Below the pieces are notes generated by a model. That model did not search any database. It saw only the letters and a program-made list of their open reading frames with translations, and was not told the DNA's origin. 64,000 bases of DNA from Sphyrna mokarran (taxonomy: Eukaryota): contig JAGIQG010000040.1 in the NCBI GenBank assembly GCA_024679065.1, forward strand, positions 3,348,001 through 3,412,000, given 5' to 3'. The position numbers and the translations under genes are program-made. Of this stretch, positions 50,155-61,506 are shown piece by piece. The first letter of the stretch is position 1. The number at the start of each line of letters is the position of its first letter.

Positions 50155-52317
50155 GTAAGTGACTCCAAATCCGCCCGTGTTGCAGACTATCCAGGTTAGT
50201 TTTCACAGTCAGCTCTTTCTTGTAATCTGATCATTTCAATCCTCTGCGACTACAACAGCAAAGTGGAGGAAGAGGGTTCCTGTGAAAGATTTTCAACCGC
50301 AGTTTTAGATTTGGGAGCAGAATAGGAAGCTGGAGTCAGGTCCCAGTGTGAGACCAGATTGAAGAGGTGTGTGACTACCAAAGGTGAAACATCGTACGGG
50401 GAAGGCAATGTCATTGACCCCATAATGACATTTAATGATTTAATGATGGTATCGGATAATACTAATAACATCCTGAGCATTCTGTCTCCCAAGTGGTTTC
50501 AAATGGCACACATTCTGAACACTATTCTGTCCTAATGTCAACTTTGATTCTTTCTGTGGCTCTTACAAAGGGTCATCCAGTCTGGAAACGTTGGCTTTAT
50601 TCTTTTACAATAGATGCTCTTGAGGTTTGCCAACATGTTCCGGTTTTTGGTGTTGATGTAAATCTTTAGCATTATTTTATAGGTTTATTAATATACGTGT
50701 GGAAAAAATGATTCAGATTAAAGAATGCTAGTGAGATAAAAGAAAGTGAAATTAGGAAGAGTGTGGAGCGCGCTGCCATATGGAGTGGTTGCAGTAAATG
50801 GCATAAGGATTTTTTGTGACTGTGTGGAAAATCGAACAGGACACAGTGCTCAGTGTACAAAGGTTTCGTTAGGGATGGAGTGTGAGAGGGGAGTAGGCAC
50901 GTGTGCAGTGCAGACAAGCGTACTGTGAGCCCAATGACCTATTTCTGTTCTGTAGAATCTACAGAATATAAAATGCAGAGAGGATTCTGACCACGAAGCA
51001 TGGGGGAAAATCAACCAATGGATGGAAGGAATTGAAAATCCCAGGCAGCTTGAAAAGGCAATTTTCACAGTGAATAATAGTGAGCTAGTCAAATGGGGAA
51101 ACTGAGCTCGCTGATCTCAACTGACATTGGAGAGTGTCTTGGGCAGGTCCTCATGTTGGCAAGAAATCGCAAGCAGCACAAAGAGAACAACTCAGATTTA
51201 GAAAGCCACTGGTGTTAACTGTAAATAATTCTAATATATAACATAAATTATGGAATTGATGGACGAAACTGTGTAAAGAGTTAAACTGTATCAAAATTTG
51301 ATCTTTGACACAGATATGCAATATCAGTTTCACTTAATCAGTTTCATTGGGCGAGTATGACTGTCTTAGCCTGAATCTTGCTGTGGGCCAAGATATAAAA
51401 AGGAAGGTTTCTCACAGTCAATCAACTCTGGACAGCCATTGTTATAGTGAGAAGAGTGAACTTTCATATAATTTCCTCAGATTTGTAAATTGCCAAGAAG
51501 CAGATACATAGAAAGCATAGAATGTAAAACCAGAGAAAGACATCATTCTGGTCAAGTGGCTATTCTTTGCACGTGCTGCTGAACTTTGCCTATTTTACCT
51601 TCCTGCTCTTCAAAACCCCGGAATTCTAACTTGATTCCGTATATTTCTTTCATTTGCGGTTTTAAAATGAGTACTGAATATATTTCCAACATCACATTTC
51701 CAAATGATCCAGCTGAGCAAAATTCGCTGTGTGATAAAATAAGAATCATCTAAATATTTGCCTCTCGCTCTTTTCCTTTCTTTTTTCCAATTCATTCTCG
51801 CGATGTGAATGTCCCTAATTGCGTTTGACCTGGATGGCTTATGATGCTCTTTTTAGAGGTCATTTAAGAGGCAACGATAATGTTATGGATCTGGAGTCAC
51901 TTGTGGGCCACACCAGATAAGAATGGCAGATTTTCTTCCCTAAGGGACCATAGTGAAACAGATGTGGTTTTAACGACAAATGACAATGGTTTCATGGTCA
52001 TCATTAGTCTTTGGTTCAACATTTTTTTATGCAATTCAAATCAAGATTGAATTGAAATTCACATTTCACCATCTGCCGTGGCACTATTCGCACCTGTGTC
52101 CTCAGGGTATTCCGTGGATTACTAAATCCGTGGACTAACTAATCCAGTGATAATATCAGTGTGCCGCCCTCTCATCAACTTTAGTTAATAAATGTCGAAC
52201 ACCCTTCAATGAAACAATTGGCAAAATTGACGAGATTATGTTTCCCCGGGCAAACTAACATGCAACGCAGGTAATGGCATCATAGAAATATTGTACATTA
52301 TTTTATGTGTTCTGCAG

Positions 52318-52623
52318 AATCCAGTTCATCTGTGTCACAGACTCCGTCTCTCCAAATTTGTGCTGCTGGCGACACCATTACTTTAACCTGCAAATATCAG
52401 GGAGTTTGTCAACACGCACTCTACTGGTACCGTCATTCTCCAGGACAGAGCCCAAAATACCTGCTTAAGGGATACACGTCAGGCGAGGAGAACAAAGAAA
52501 ATGCTGCCGGGGGGAGAATTTCTGCTTCTGTCCACCCAGTCGAAAAAATCAGCTGGTTAAAGATCACCAAGCTGCAACTGAGCGACTCCGCTGTGTATTA
52601 CTGTGCACTGAGTCGGCGTACAG
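52318..52623 (+). CDS. STCRDV: leaderless supporting TCR-delta V, cassette 1
   Basis: Phase-1 acceptor TGCAG matches the J donor and no leader lies upstream. CDR1 Cys (YQGVCQHALYWYR), ..DSAVYYCALSRRT. RSS CACAGTG(52624)-23-ACAAAAACC(52654-52662). Confidence 0.92.
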
Positions 52624-52919
52624 CACAGTGATGCAGAACACGGGGAAAGCTGTACAAAAACCTGAACCTGGCGAGGATTACAGACACAGTGATACAAAAC
52701 ACGGAGAAAACTGTACCATAACCTGGACACGGTGAGGATTTCAGACAGTGATACAGAACACGGGAGCAATACAATAACATAGACATAGTGAGGATTTCAG
52801 ACAGTGATACAGAACAAGGAAAGAACCGTACAGAAACCCAAACATGGTGAGGATTATAGACACAGTGATACAGAATAAGGAGAGAGTTGCACAAAAACTA
52901 AAGATGGTGAGGATTTCAT

Positions 52920-53260
52920 GAAAGTTTGACAACACCGATTTTAAATCCAACCGATTTATTTGATAGTAAATCCACGAGCTTTCGGCCTTTGTGGCCTTCG
53001 TCAGGCGAATGAGATGTTCTGGTCTCCAAAAGCACACATATCAGCACAGACAGTTTACAGATTGCAGATTAGAATGCGAATCCTTACACCTAACCTGCTA
53101 TTCAAGTCTTACAGTGGCTAACAGCAGAGGTTAGAGAAATGTGTATTGTCTCCAGACAGCACAGTAAGTGAGGTTTTTTGCTAACCCAGGCAAGTCATGG
53201 GGGTTACAGATAGTGTGACATGAAGCCAAGATCACTGTTAAGACCGTCCTCATGTGTGTG
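52920..53260 (-). mobile_element. Penelope-like fragment inserted into the RSS array
   Basis: Same terminal sequence as 421-476; bounded by GGATTTCA on both sides; absent from the mirror array. Confidence 0.65.
52970..53010 (-). ncRNA. minimal hammerhead ribozyme motif, all stems pairable
   Basis: Minus strand reads ATTCGC-CTGACGA-A-GGCC ACAAA GGCC-GAAA-GCTC-GTGGAT; stem I is AUUCGC/GUGGAU. Confidence 0.7.
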
Positions 53261-53464
53261 GATTTCAGGCACAGTGATACAGAACACGGAGAGAGCTGTA
53301 CAAAAACCTGGACATGGTGAGGATTTCAGACAGTGATACAGAACACGGGAGCTGTACAATAACCTAGACATAGTGAGGATTATAGACACAAAGATACAAA
53401 AGACGCGGATAGTTGTACAGAAACTTGAACATGGTGAACATTACAAGAATCTGTAATTCATATT

Positions 53465-53742
53465 CAGGCTTTTGTTGAGCTCCCCGTGTTCTGTATCACT
53501 ATGTCTATAATTCTCACAAAGTTCAGGTCTCCGTCTACCTATTTCCCCTGTTTGAAATCACTGTGCCTATAAACTTCACTATATTCAGGGTTCTGTACAG
53601 CTCTCTCCGCATTCTGCATCACAATGTCTACAATTCTCAGTGCGTTCAGGTTTCTGTAAAGCTGTGTCCGTGTACCAAATCGCTGTGCCTGTAATCCTCA
53701 CCATGTTTTTGTACAGCTCTCTCCGTGTTCTGTGTCACTGAG
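53465..53742 (-). repeat. tandem array of 23-RSS units (5 units) behind the pseudo supporting V
   Basis: Includes CACAGCG(53687-53681)-23-ACAGAAACC; converges on the plus-strand array. Confidence 0.85.
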
Positions 53743-54052
53743 CTGTGCGCCAACTCATTTCACATTAAGAAACAGCAGAGTCCCTTAGTTGAAGTTTGGA
53801 GATCTTTAACCGACTCATCTTGACTGAAGAATCGATAGAAGCAGAAATTCTCCCCCTGACAGCATTCGCTTTGTTCTCCTCCCCTAAAGTGGGTGCCTGA
53901 ACTCGGCATTTCGGAGCCTGTCCTGGGGTCTGACGGTACCAGTGCACTGTGTACTGACAGAGACCTGAATATTCATAGATTAAAATAAACGTGTCATTAG
54001 CAGCAGAGGTTTGTACACAGGAACGTGGTGACAGAGGTGAGCTGGAATCTGC
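53743..54052 (-). pseudogene. supporting TCR-delta V pseudogene
   Basis: ..HWYRQTPGQAPK..GEENKANAVRGRISASID..KISKLQLRDSAV* with frameshifts; first heptamer reads CTCAGTG. Confidence 0.85.
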
Positions 54053-55586
54053 GCTGTAGAAATAAAATGAATTGTTTGTTTAGTCACAGTTTGTCCCGGA
54101 AACTTGTCAATCGGGTGAATACCTGTCAGTTGCGGCAAAATGTTTAATGGAATTTGGGAGCCTGCCGAAAGCGCCAAGGACCCAGGTTCAGTTGCAGACT
54201 CGGGTCACTGTTTGGGTTTCCTCTAAGTGCTCTGGCTTCCTCCCACAAGTCCAAAGATGTGCAGATTTCGTTGGTTGACATTGGTCCCAGTGTCAGAGGG
54301 AGATTGGAAGGGTTTATGGGAATAGAGTCTGAGATTGGGTGGAGTGTGGCCTCTTTCTGTACTGTAAGAATTCTATGAATTTGTTTCAAGATGCATTGAT
54401 TATTGGGGAAAAAAGAAGCGTGGCAGACTTTTTTTCACCGAGAATTGCAGTCACCTGAATGGCTTGCGGAAGGCGTGGTGCTGGGAAGAGGCTTAACGTT
54501 AACTTTAAAACTTTAAAGAAGAAACTTCTGGGACAGGACAGTATTCCAGTGGGGACCAAAGGAGAGGGAATGGGTACATTGACAGCAACTTCACATTCTG
54601 TCATTATTGATTGTTACTGTTACTCATTATTACAGAATTGTGTTTTTTTTGATGAGTATGACTCCATTTTTAGTAAATATTTGCCAATCAATATATTGGT
54701 GCAGTGCGAACCGGAAAACTAAGCCGTAAATTTCACTCTTCTCTTCAATGAATCAATTGTTGTCTCGATTTGATTGCCCGAAGGAAAATCAGCAGTCTTG
54801 TGACCCTCTAGATATTAAGGTTCAGCACAAAATCAAAGATTTTCATCCGCACCTATTATTCCGAAATGACAATGTAATGCCTGTGGGTCAAAAATTGGCC
54901 TTTGGCCTCAGTTCAACACGACAAGGTAACTCCTGCTTGCTGTAGGGCTTTTATCTATTTCAATCATCAATTCAAAGGTTTTACTTTTATTAGACATATT
55001 TGCAGATTGATTTCATTTTATTTCTACACCTGAGTTGTTTTCTGTCTATTCATGGCGGTTTCTAACCGTCATAAAAACATGCCCTAATTTCTCTCAGTTG
55101 TTGGTTTGTTCAGACTGTTTAGTTTCCACAGTGGTTTTGCTGTTACTCACTAGGAACTGCCTTCAGAATATGTGAGAATTTCAATCTCTTCAGTCCATTG
55201 GCTGATTGTTCCCTGCCCTTTCCGAATGGAATAGTTCATAACACAAATCGGCCACTTGGTCCAGCTGGTCGAAGATCGTCCTCGTACGCCCCTCCTCCAC
55301 TCGAACCCGAAATATCCATTTACATCCTGAACTGTGTGTCTATTTATTCCTCACTCCCGCCAATAGTTTTCAAGCTGTGCCATAAATTCATCACGCCGTT
55401 TCCCCAAAGGGCACGTTTCACATTCTGAAGTGTCTGCGTATAAATATACCCGAATGTTTCTATCTCTTCTGATAGACATTTCATATTTCATTTATAAATG
55501 TCTAATTCTGCCAGCGATCAGCAGTTGATGGAATTTGATTTCAATTTTTAAAAATCTGAAGTTATGTATCTGCTGCTGAGAATAAA

Positions 55587-55760
55587 GATGTAGAGATGCC
55601 GGCGTTGGACTGGGGTAAACACAGTAAGAAGTCTCACAACATCAGGTTAGAATCCAATCAGTTTACTTGGTAGTAAGCTCGCAAGCTTTCGGAAACATTA
55701 TTCCTTCGTCAGATGTGTGGAAGGTTCTGATCAGAGAAGAGCATAAATGAAAGCTCGAAA
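55587..55760 (-). mobile_element. Penelope-like terminal fragment with degraded hammerhead (mirror copy at ~56262-56425)
   Basis: GATGTAGAGATGCCGGCGTTGGACTGGGGTAAAC.. Hammerhead cores CTGACGA..GAAAGCTT (-) at 55678-55718 and CTGATGA..GAAAGCTT (+) at 56301-56338. Confidence 0.6.
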
Positions 55761-57997
55761 CATTCTCTTTCTCTCGAGGTTCACATAATTCCTGTATTGA
55801 TTCTTGTTCTGAAACTCGATGAGTCCTTTTAGCTTCCCATAGAACCTAGTTTTGCAACATAACTATTGAAGGAAGTGTGGATGTGTACACAAGGGGTGGA
55901 CTATAGGCCCTCTAAGGGGATAATAGAGGATGGATGGATGAACGGACGAACAGTAGGATGAATGCATGGACGGACGGATGCGAGATTTGGATGACCATTC
56001 ACCTTGATTGGAGTGAAATTTAGAATAGTCTGCTGCAGTCAAAAATTAGGTTATAGAAGGGAAAGAACTTTGAATGTATGTATGGAAAACGCTGAAAGTT
56101 ATTCAAATTGTTCAAATTATTCAAATTATTCGAATTGCACCTTAAAAACCATATAGAATTTTGCCTCTATTTTTAATGTACAAATACAAAAACAAAAGTT
56201 TTTTTCATAGATAATTAGGCTTCACTTGAATTATGTCAACATCGAGAGAAAGAGAATGTTTCCTGCTTTATATACGCTCTTCTCTGATCAGAACTTTCCA
56301 CAGACCTGATGAAGGAACAATGTTTCGAAAGCTTGTGAGATTACTACCTAATAAACTGGTTGGACTCTAACCTGATGTTGTGAGACTTCTTACTGTGTTT
56401 ATCCCAGTCCAACGCCGGCATTTCACTGTCAGCAGCAGATAGTTAACTTCAGATTTTTAAAAATTGAAATCAAATTCCACCAACCGCTGAGGCAGTATTC
56501 AAACCAGGGTCCCTGGTCGCTGGCAGAATTAGACATTTATAAATGAAATATGAAATGTCTATCAGAAGAGATAGAAACATTCGGGTATATTTACACGGAG
56601 ACACTTCAGAATGTGAAACCTGCCCTTTGGAGAAACGGCGTGATGAATTTATGGCACAGTTTGAAAACTATTGGCGGGAGTGAGGAATAAATAGACACAC
56701 AGCTCAGGATGTAAATGGTTATATCGGATTCGAGCTGAGGAGAGCCGTACGAGGACGATGTTCGACCAGCTGGACCAAGTGGCCGATTTGTGTTATGAAC
56801 TATTCCATTCGGAAAGGACAGGGAACAATCAGCCAATGGACTGAAGAGATTGAAATTCTCACATACTCTGAAGGCAGTTCCCAGTGAGTAACAGTAAAAC
56901 CACTGTGGAAACTGAACAGTCTGAACAAACCGACAACAGAGAAATTAGGGCATGTTTTTATGACGGTTAGAAACCGCCATGAATAGACAGAAAACAATGT
57001 CAGATGTAGAAATAAAATGAAATCAACCTGCAAATATGTCTAATAGAAGTGAAACCGTAGAATTGATGGATTGAAATAGATGAATTAGCAGGCAGGAGTT
57101 ACCTTGTACTGTTGAATTAAGGCCAAAGGCCAATTTTTAACCCACAGACATTACATTGTCATTTCGGAATAATAGGTGCGGACGAAAATCTCTGATTTGT
57201 GCTGAACCTTAATATCTAGAGGGTCTTCGGGCAATCAAATCTAGTCAACAATTGATTCATTGAAGAGAAGAGTGAAATTTACGGTTTAGTTTTCTGTTTC
57301 GCACTTCACCAATATATTGATTCGCAAATATTTAATAAAAATAGAATCATACTCATCAAAAAATAACACAATTCTGTAATGATGAGTAACATAACAATCA
57401 ATAATGACAAAATGTGAAGGTGCTGCCAATGTACCCATTCCTTCTTCTTTGGCCCTCACTGGAATCCCGTCTGTCTTAAAAGTTTTTCCTCCTCACTTAC
57501 CGTTTTAAAGTTAACGTTAAGCCTGTTCCCAGCACCACGCCTTCCACAAGCCATTCAGGTGACTGCAATTCTCTGCGAAAAAAATTCTGAAGGTCTGCCA
57601 CTGTTCTTGTTTTTCCCCAATATTCAATGCATCTTGAAACAAATTCACAGTTTTCTTACAGTACAGTAAGAGGCCACAGTCCACCCAATCTCAGACTCAA
57701 TTCCCATAAACCCTTCTAATCTCCCTCTGACGCTGGGGCCAATGTCAATTAACGAAACTTGCATAACTTTGGACTTGTGGGAGGAAGCCAGAGCACGTAG
57801 AGGAAACCCTCACGGACACGGGGAGAACGTGCAAAGAGTGTCCCAAGTCTGCAACTGAACCTGGGTCCTTGGCGCTTTGGGCAGGCTCCCAAATTCGATT
57901 AAACATATTGCCACAACTGACAGGTATTCACCCGATTGACAAGTTTCCGGGAGAAACTGTGACTAAACAAACAATTCATTTTATTTCTACAGTGCAG

Positions 57998-58304
57998 GTT
58001 CCAGCTCACATGTGTCACCACGTTCCCGTGTACAAACCTCTGCTGCTGATGACACGTTTATTTTAATCTATGAATATTCAGATCTTTCTCAGTACTCAGT
58101 GCATTGGTACCGTCAGACCCCAGGACAGGCTCCGAAATGCCGACTTCAGGACACACTTTAGGGGAGGAGAACAAAGCGAATGCTGTCAGGGGGAGAATTT
58201 CTGCTTCTATCGATTCTTCAGTCGAAATCAGCCGGTTAAGGATCTCCAAACTTCAATTAAGGGACTCTGCTTTTTTTTTTATTGTGAAATGAGTTGATGC
58301 ACAC
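57998..58304 (+). pseudogene. supporting TCR-delta V pseudogene (mirror of 53743-54052)
   Basis: ..GHTLGEENKANAVRGRISASIDSSVEISRLRISKLQLRDSA with frameshifts; heptamer CTCAGTG at 58305. Confidence 0.85.
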
Positions 58305-58590
58305 CTCAGTGACGCAGAACACGGAGAGAGCTGTACAAAAACCTGAGCCTGGTGAGGATTGCAAGCATAGTGATTTGGTACACGGACACAGCTTTACGGA
58401 AACCTGAACGCACTGAGAATTGCAGACATTGTGATGCAGAATGCGGAGAGAGCTGTACAGAACCCTGAATATGGTGAAGTTTACAGGCACAGTGATTTCA
58501 AACAGGGGAAGCAGCTAGACGGAGACCTGAACTTTGTGAGGATTATTTGACATAGCGATACAGAACACGGAGAGCTCAACAAAAGTATGA
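58305..58590 (+). repeat. tandem array of 23-RSS units (5 units)
   Basis: Mirror of 53465-53742. Confidence 0.85.
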
Positions 58591-58614
58591 ATTACAGAGT
58601 TTTGTAATGCTCAC

Positions 58615-59263
58615 CATGTTTGGGTTTCTGTGCAACTATCCGCGTATTTTGTATCGTTGTGTCAATAATCCTGCCCATGTCCAGATTATTGTACAGCTCT
58701 CCCCGTGTTCTGTATTACTGTGTCTGAAATCCTCACCATGTTTAGTTTTTGTACATCTCTCTCTTGTTCTGTTTCATTGTGTCTGAAAGCCTCTCCATGT
58801 CCGAGTTATTGCACAGCTGTCTCCTTGTTTTGTAGCACTGTGTCTGTAATCTTCACCATGTTCAGGTTTCTGTACCGCTGTCTCTGTGTTCTATATCACT
58901 GTCTGAAAACCTCAACATGTCCAAGTTTTTGTACAGCTCTCTCCTTTTTATTTATCACCGCGTTTGTAATCCTCGCCATGTCCGGGTTATTTTACAGCTC
59001 TGCCCGTGTTCTGTATCACTGTGTCTAAAATCCTCGCCATGTCCGGGTTATTTTACAGCTCTCTCCGTGTTCGGTAATACTGTGTCTGTAGTCCTCACCA
59101 TGTTCAGTTTCTGTCGAGCTCCCTCCGTTTTCTGTATCATTGACTGTAATCGTCGTCATGTCCGAATTTTTGTACAGCTCTCTCTTGTTCTATATCACTG
59201 TATCTGAAATCCTCACCACGTCCAGGTTTTTGTACACCTTTCTCCCTGTTTTGCATCACTGTG
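58615..59263 (-). repeat. tandem array of 23-RSS units (~11 units) behind supporting V2
   Basis: Heptamer-like sites at ~59257, 59197, 59138, 59079, 59017, 58956, 58897, 58836, 58775, 58716 and 58655, with a ~60-bp period. Confidence 0.9.
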
Positions 59264-59569
59264 CTGTGCGCCGACTCAGTGCACAGTAATACACAGCGGA
59301 GTCGCTCAGTTGCAGTTTGGAAATCTTTAACCAGCTGATTTTTTCGACTGGGTCGACAAAAACAGAAATTCTCGCTCCGGCAGCATTTTCCTTGTTCTCC
59401 TCGCCTGATGTGTGTCCCTTGAACAGGTATTTTAGGCTCTGTCCTGGAGAGTGACGGTACCAGTAGAGTGTGTGTTGACAAAATCCCGGATATTCGCAAG
59501 TTAAGGTAATGGTGTCGCCAGCAGCATAGGTTTGGAGAGACGGAGTCTGTGAGACAGATGAATTGGATT
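59264..59569 (-). CDS. STCRDV: leaderless supporting TCR-delta V, cassette 2
   Basis: ESNSSVSQTP..TLTCEYPGFCQHTLYWYR..DSAVYYCALSRRT. RSS CACAGTG(59263-59257)-23-ACAAAAACC(59233-59225). Confidence 0.92.
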
Positions 59570-60333
59570 CTGCGGAATCTATAAAATAATGCACAATATT
59601 TCTATAATGCCATTACCCACGTTGCATATTAGTTTGCCGGGGGAAACGTAATCGCGTCAATAATTGGCAATTTGTCGCAATTGTTTCATTGAAGTGTGTT
59701 CGACATTTATTAACGATAATGGGAGAGACTGTGGCATAATGATATTATCACTGGATTGATTAGTCCAGAGATTTAGTAATCCACAGAATACTCTGGGACA
59801 CAGGTACGAATGGTGCCACAGCAGATGGTGAAATGTGAATTTCAATTCAATCTTGAATTGAATTCCATAAGAACAATGTTGAATCAAAGTCCATGACCAT
59901 GAAATTATTGTCACTTGTCCTTAAAATCACATCTGCTTCACTAAGGCCCTTTAGGAAAAAAAATCTGCCATTCCTATCTGGTGTGACCGACATGTGACTC
60001 CAGATCCATAACAATGTAGTTGCCTGTTAATTGCCCTCTAAGATGAGCTTCACAAGCTACCCAGGTCAAACGCAATTAGGGACATTCACATCGCTAGAAT
60101 GAATTGGAAAGAAAAAGCAAAAGAGCGAGGGGCAAATATTTAGATGATTTTATTTTATCACACAGCGAATTTTGCTCAGTTGGATCATTTGGAGATCTGA
60201 TGCTTGAAACATATTCAGTACTCATTTTAAAACCGCAAATTGAAGAAATATACGGAATCAAGTCAGAATTCCGGAGGTTTTGAAGAGCAGGAAGCTAAAG
60301 TAGGCGAAGTTCAGCAGCACGTGCAAAGAATAG

Positions 60334-61506
60334 AACATAGAACATAGAACATAGAACATTACAGCACAGAACAGGCCCTTCGGCCTTCGATGTTGCGCCG
60401 ACCATTATACAAAGCAATGCCCCTCCAAACTAAACCATTCCCTTCTCTTCCATATACTTATCAACTAACCTCTTAAACGCCACCAAACTTGGCGCATCTA
60501 CAACTGCTGCAGGCAGGGCATTCCACTCCCGAACCACCCTTTGGGTAAAGAACCTACCTCTGATATCCGTCCTATAACTATCACCCCTTAATTTAAAGCT
60601 GTGTCCCCTCGTGCTAGCTTTTTCCATCCTAGGAAAAAGGCTATCACTGTCCACCCTATCTAAACCTCTAATCATCTTATATGTTTCAATAAGGTCCCCT
60701 CTTAGCCGCCTCCTTTCTAACGAAAACAACCTCAAATCCCTCAGCCTCTCTTCATAAGACCTGCCCTCCATACCAGGCAACATCCTGGTAAACCTCCTCT
60801 GTACCCTCTCCAATGCCTCCACATCTTTCTTATAATGTGGGGACCAGAACTGCACACAATACTCCAAGTGCGGCCGCACTAGAGTTTTGTACAGTTGCAA
60901 CATGACGTTGCGGCTCCGAAATTCAATCCCCCTACCAATAAAAGCCAAGACTCCATATGCCTTCTTAACAACCTTCTCGACCTGACTGCCTACTTTCAGG
61001 GATCTATGCACATACACACCAAGATCCCTCTGTTCATCTAGACTACTAAGAATCCTACCATTTGCCCTATACTCTACACATTTATTATTTCTGCCATAGT
61101 GCATTACCTCACACTTTTCCACATTAAACTCCATTTGCCACCTCTCGGCCCAGCTCTGCAACTTGTCCAAGTCCCTCTGCAAACTATAACACCCCTCTTC
61201 ACTATCTACCACTCCACCGACTTTAGTGTCATCTGCAAATTTACTAATCCATCCTTCAATACCCTCATCCAGATCATTTATAAAAATTACAAACAGCAGG
61301 GGCCCCAAAACAGACCCCTGAGGTACACCACTTGCCACCGAACTCCAAGATGAATATCTCCCATCAACCACCACCCTCTGTCTTCTATCTGCTAGCCAAT
61401 TCCTAACCCAATTAGCTAAATCACCCTCTATCCCATACATCTGCATTTTCTGCAGAAGTCTTCCATGGGCCATTTTATCAAACGCCTTACTAAAGTCCAC
61501 TTTAGT
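60334..61506 (-). mobile_element. young CR1 LINE insertion in the J-to-supporting-V intron of cassette 2
   Basis: Uninterrupted RT C-terminal frame, (TGTTCTA)n tail, TSD AAGAATAG (60326-60333, 61507-61514). The empty site is at ~51560 in the other arm. Confidence 0.95.

Larger units (their letters stand above)
52624..53450 (+). repeat. tandem array of ~60-bp 23-RSS units (8 units, interrupted by a Penelope fragment)
   Basis: Heptamers at 52624, 52685, 52744, 52800, 52861, 53270, 53329 and 53387, each followed by a related spacer, a nonamer and a GGTGAGGATT linker. Confidence 0.92.

Noticed and set aside
52624-59263. CRISPR-like reading of the ~60-bp periodic arrays, and ORFs across them
   Set aside because: Eukaryotic locus, whole units are homologous with no unique spacers, there are no cas genes, and the ORFs are repeat by-products.
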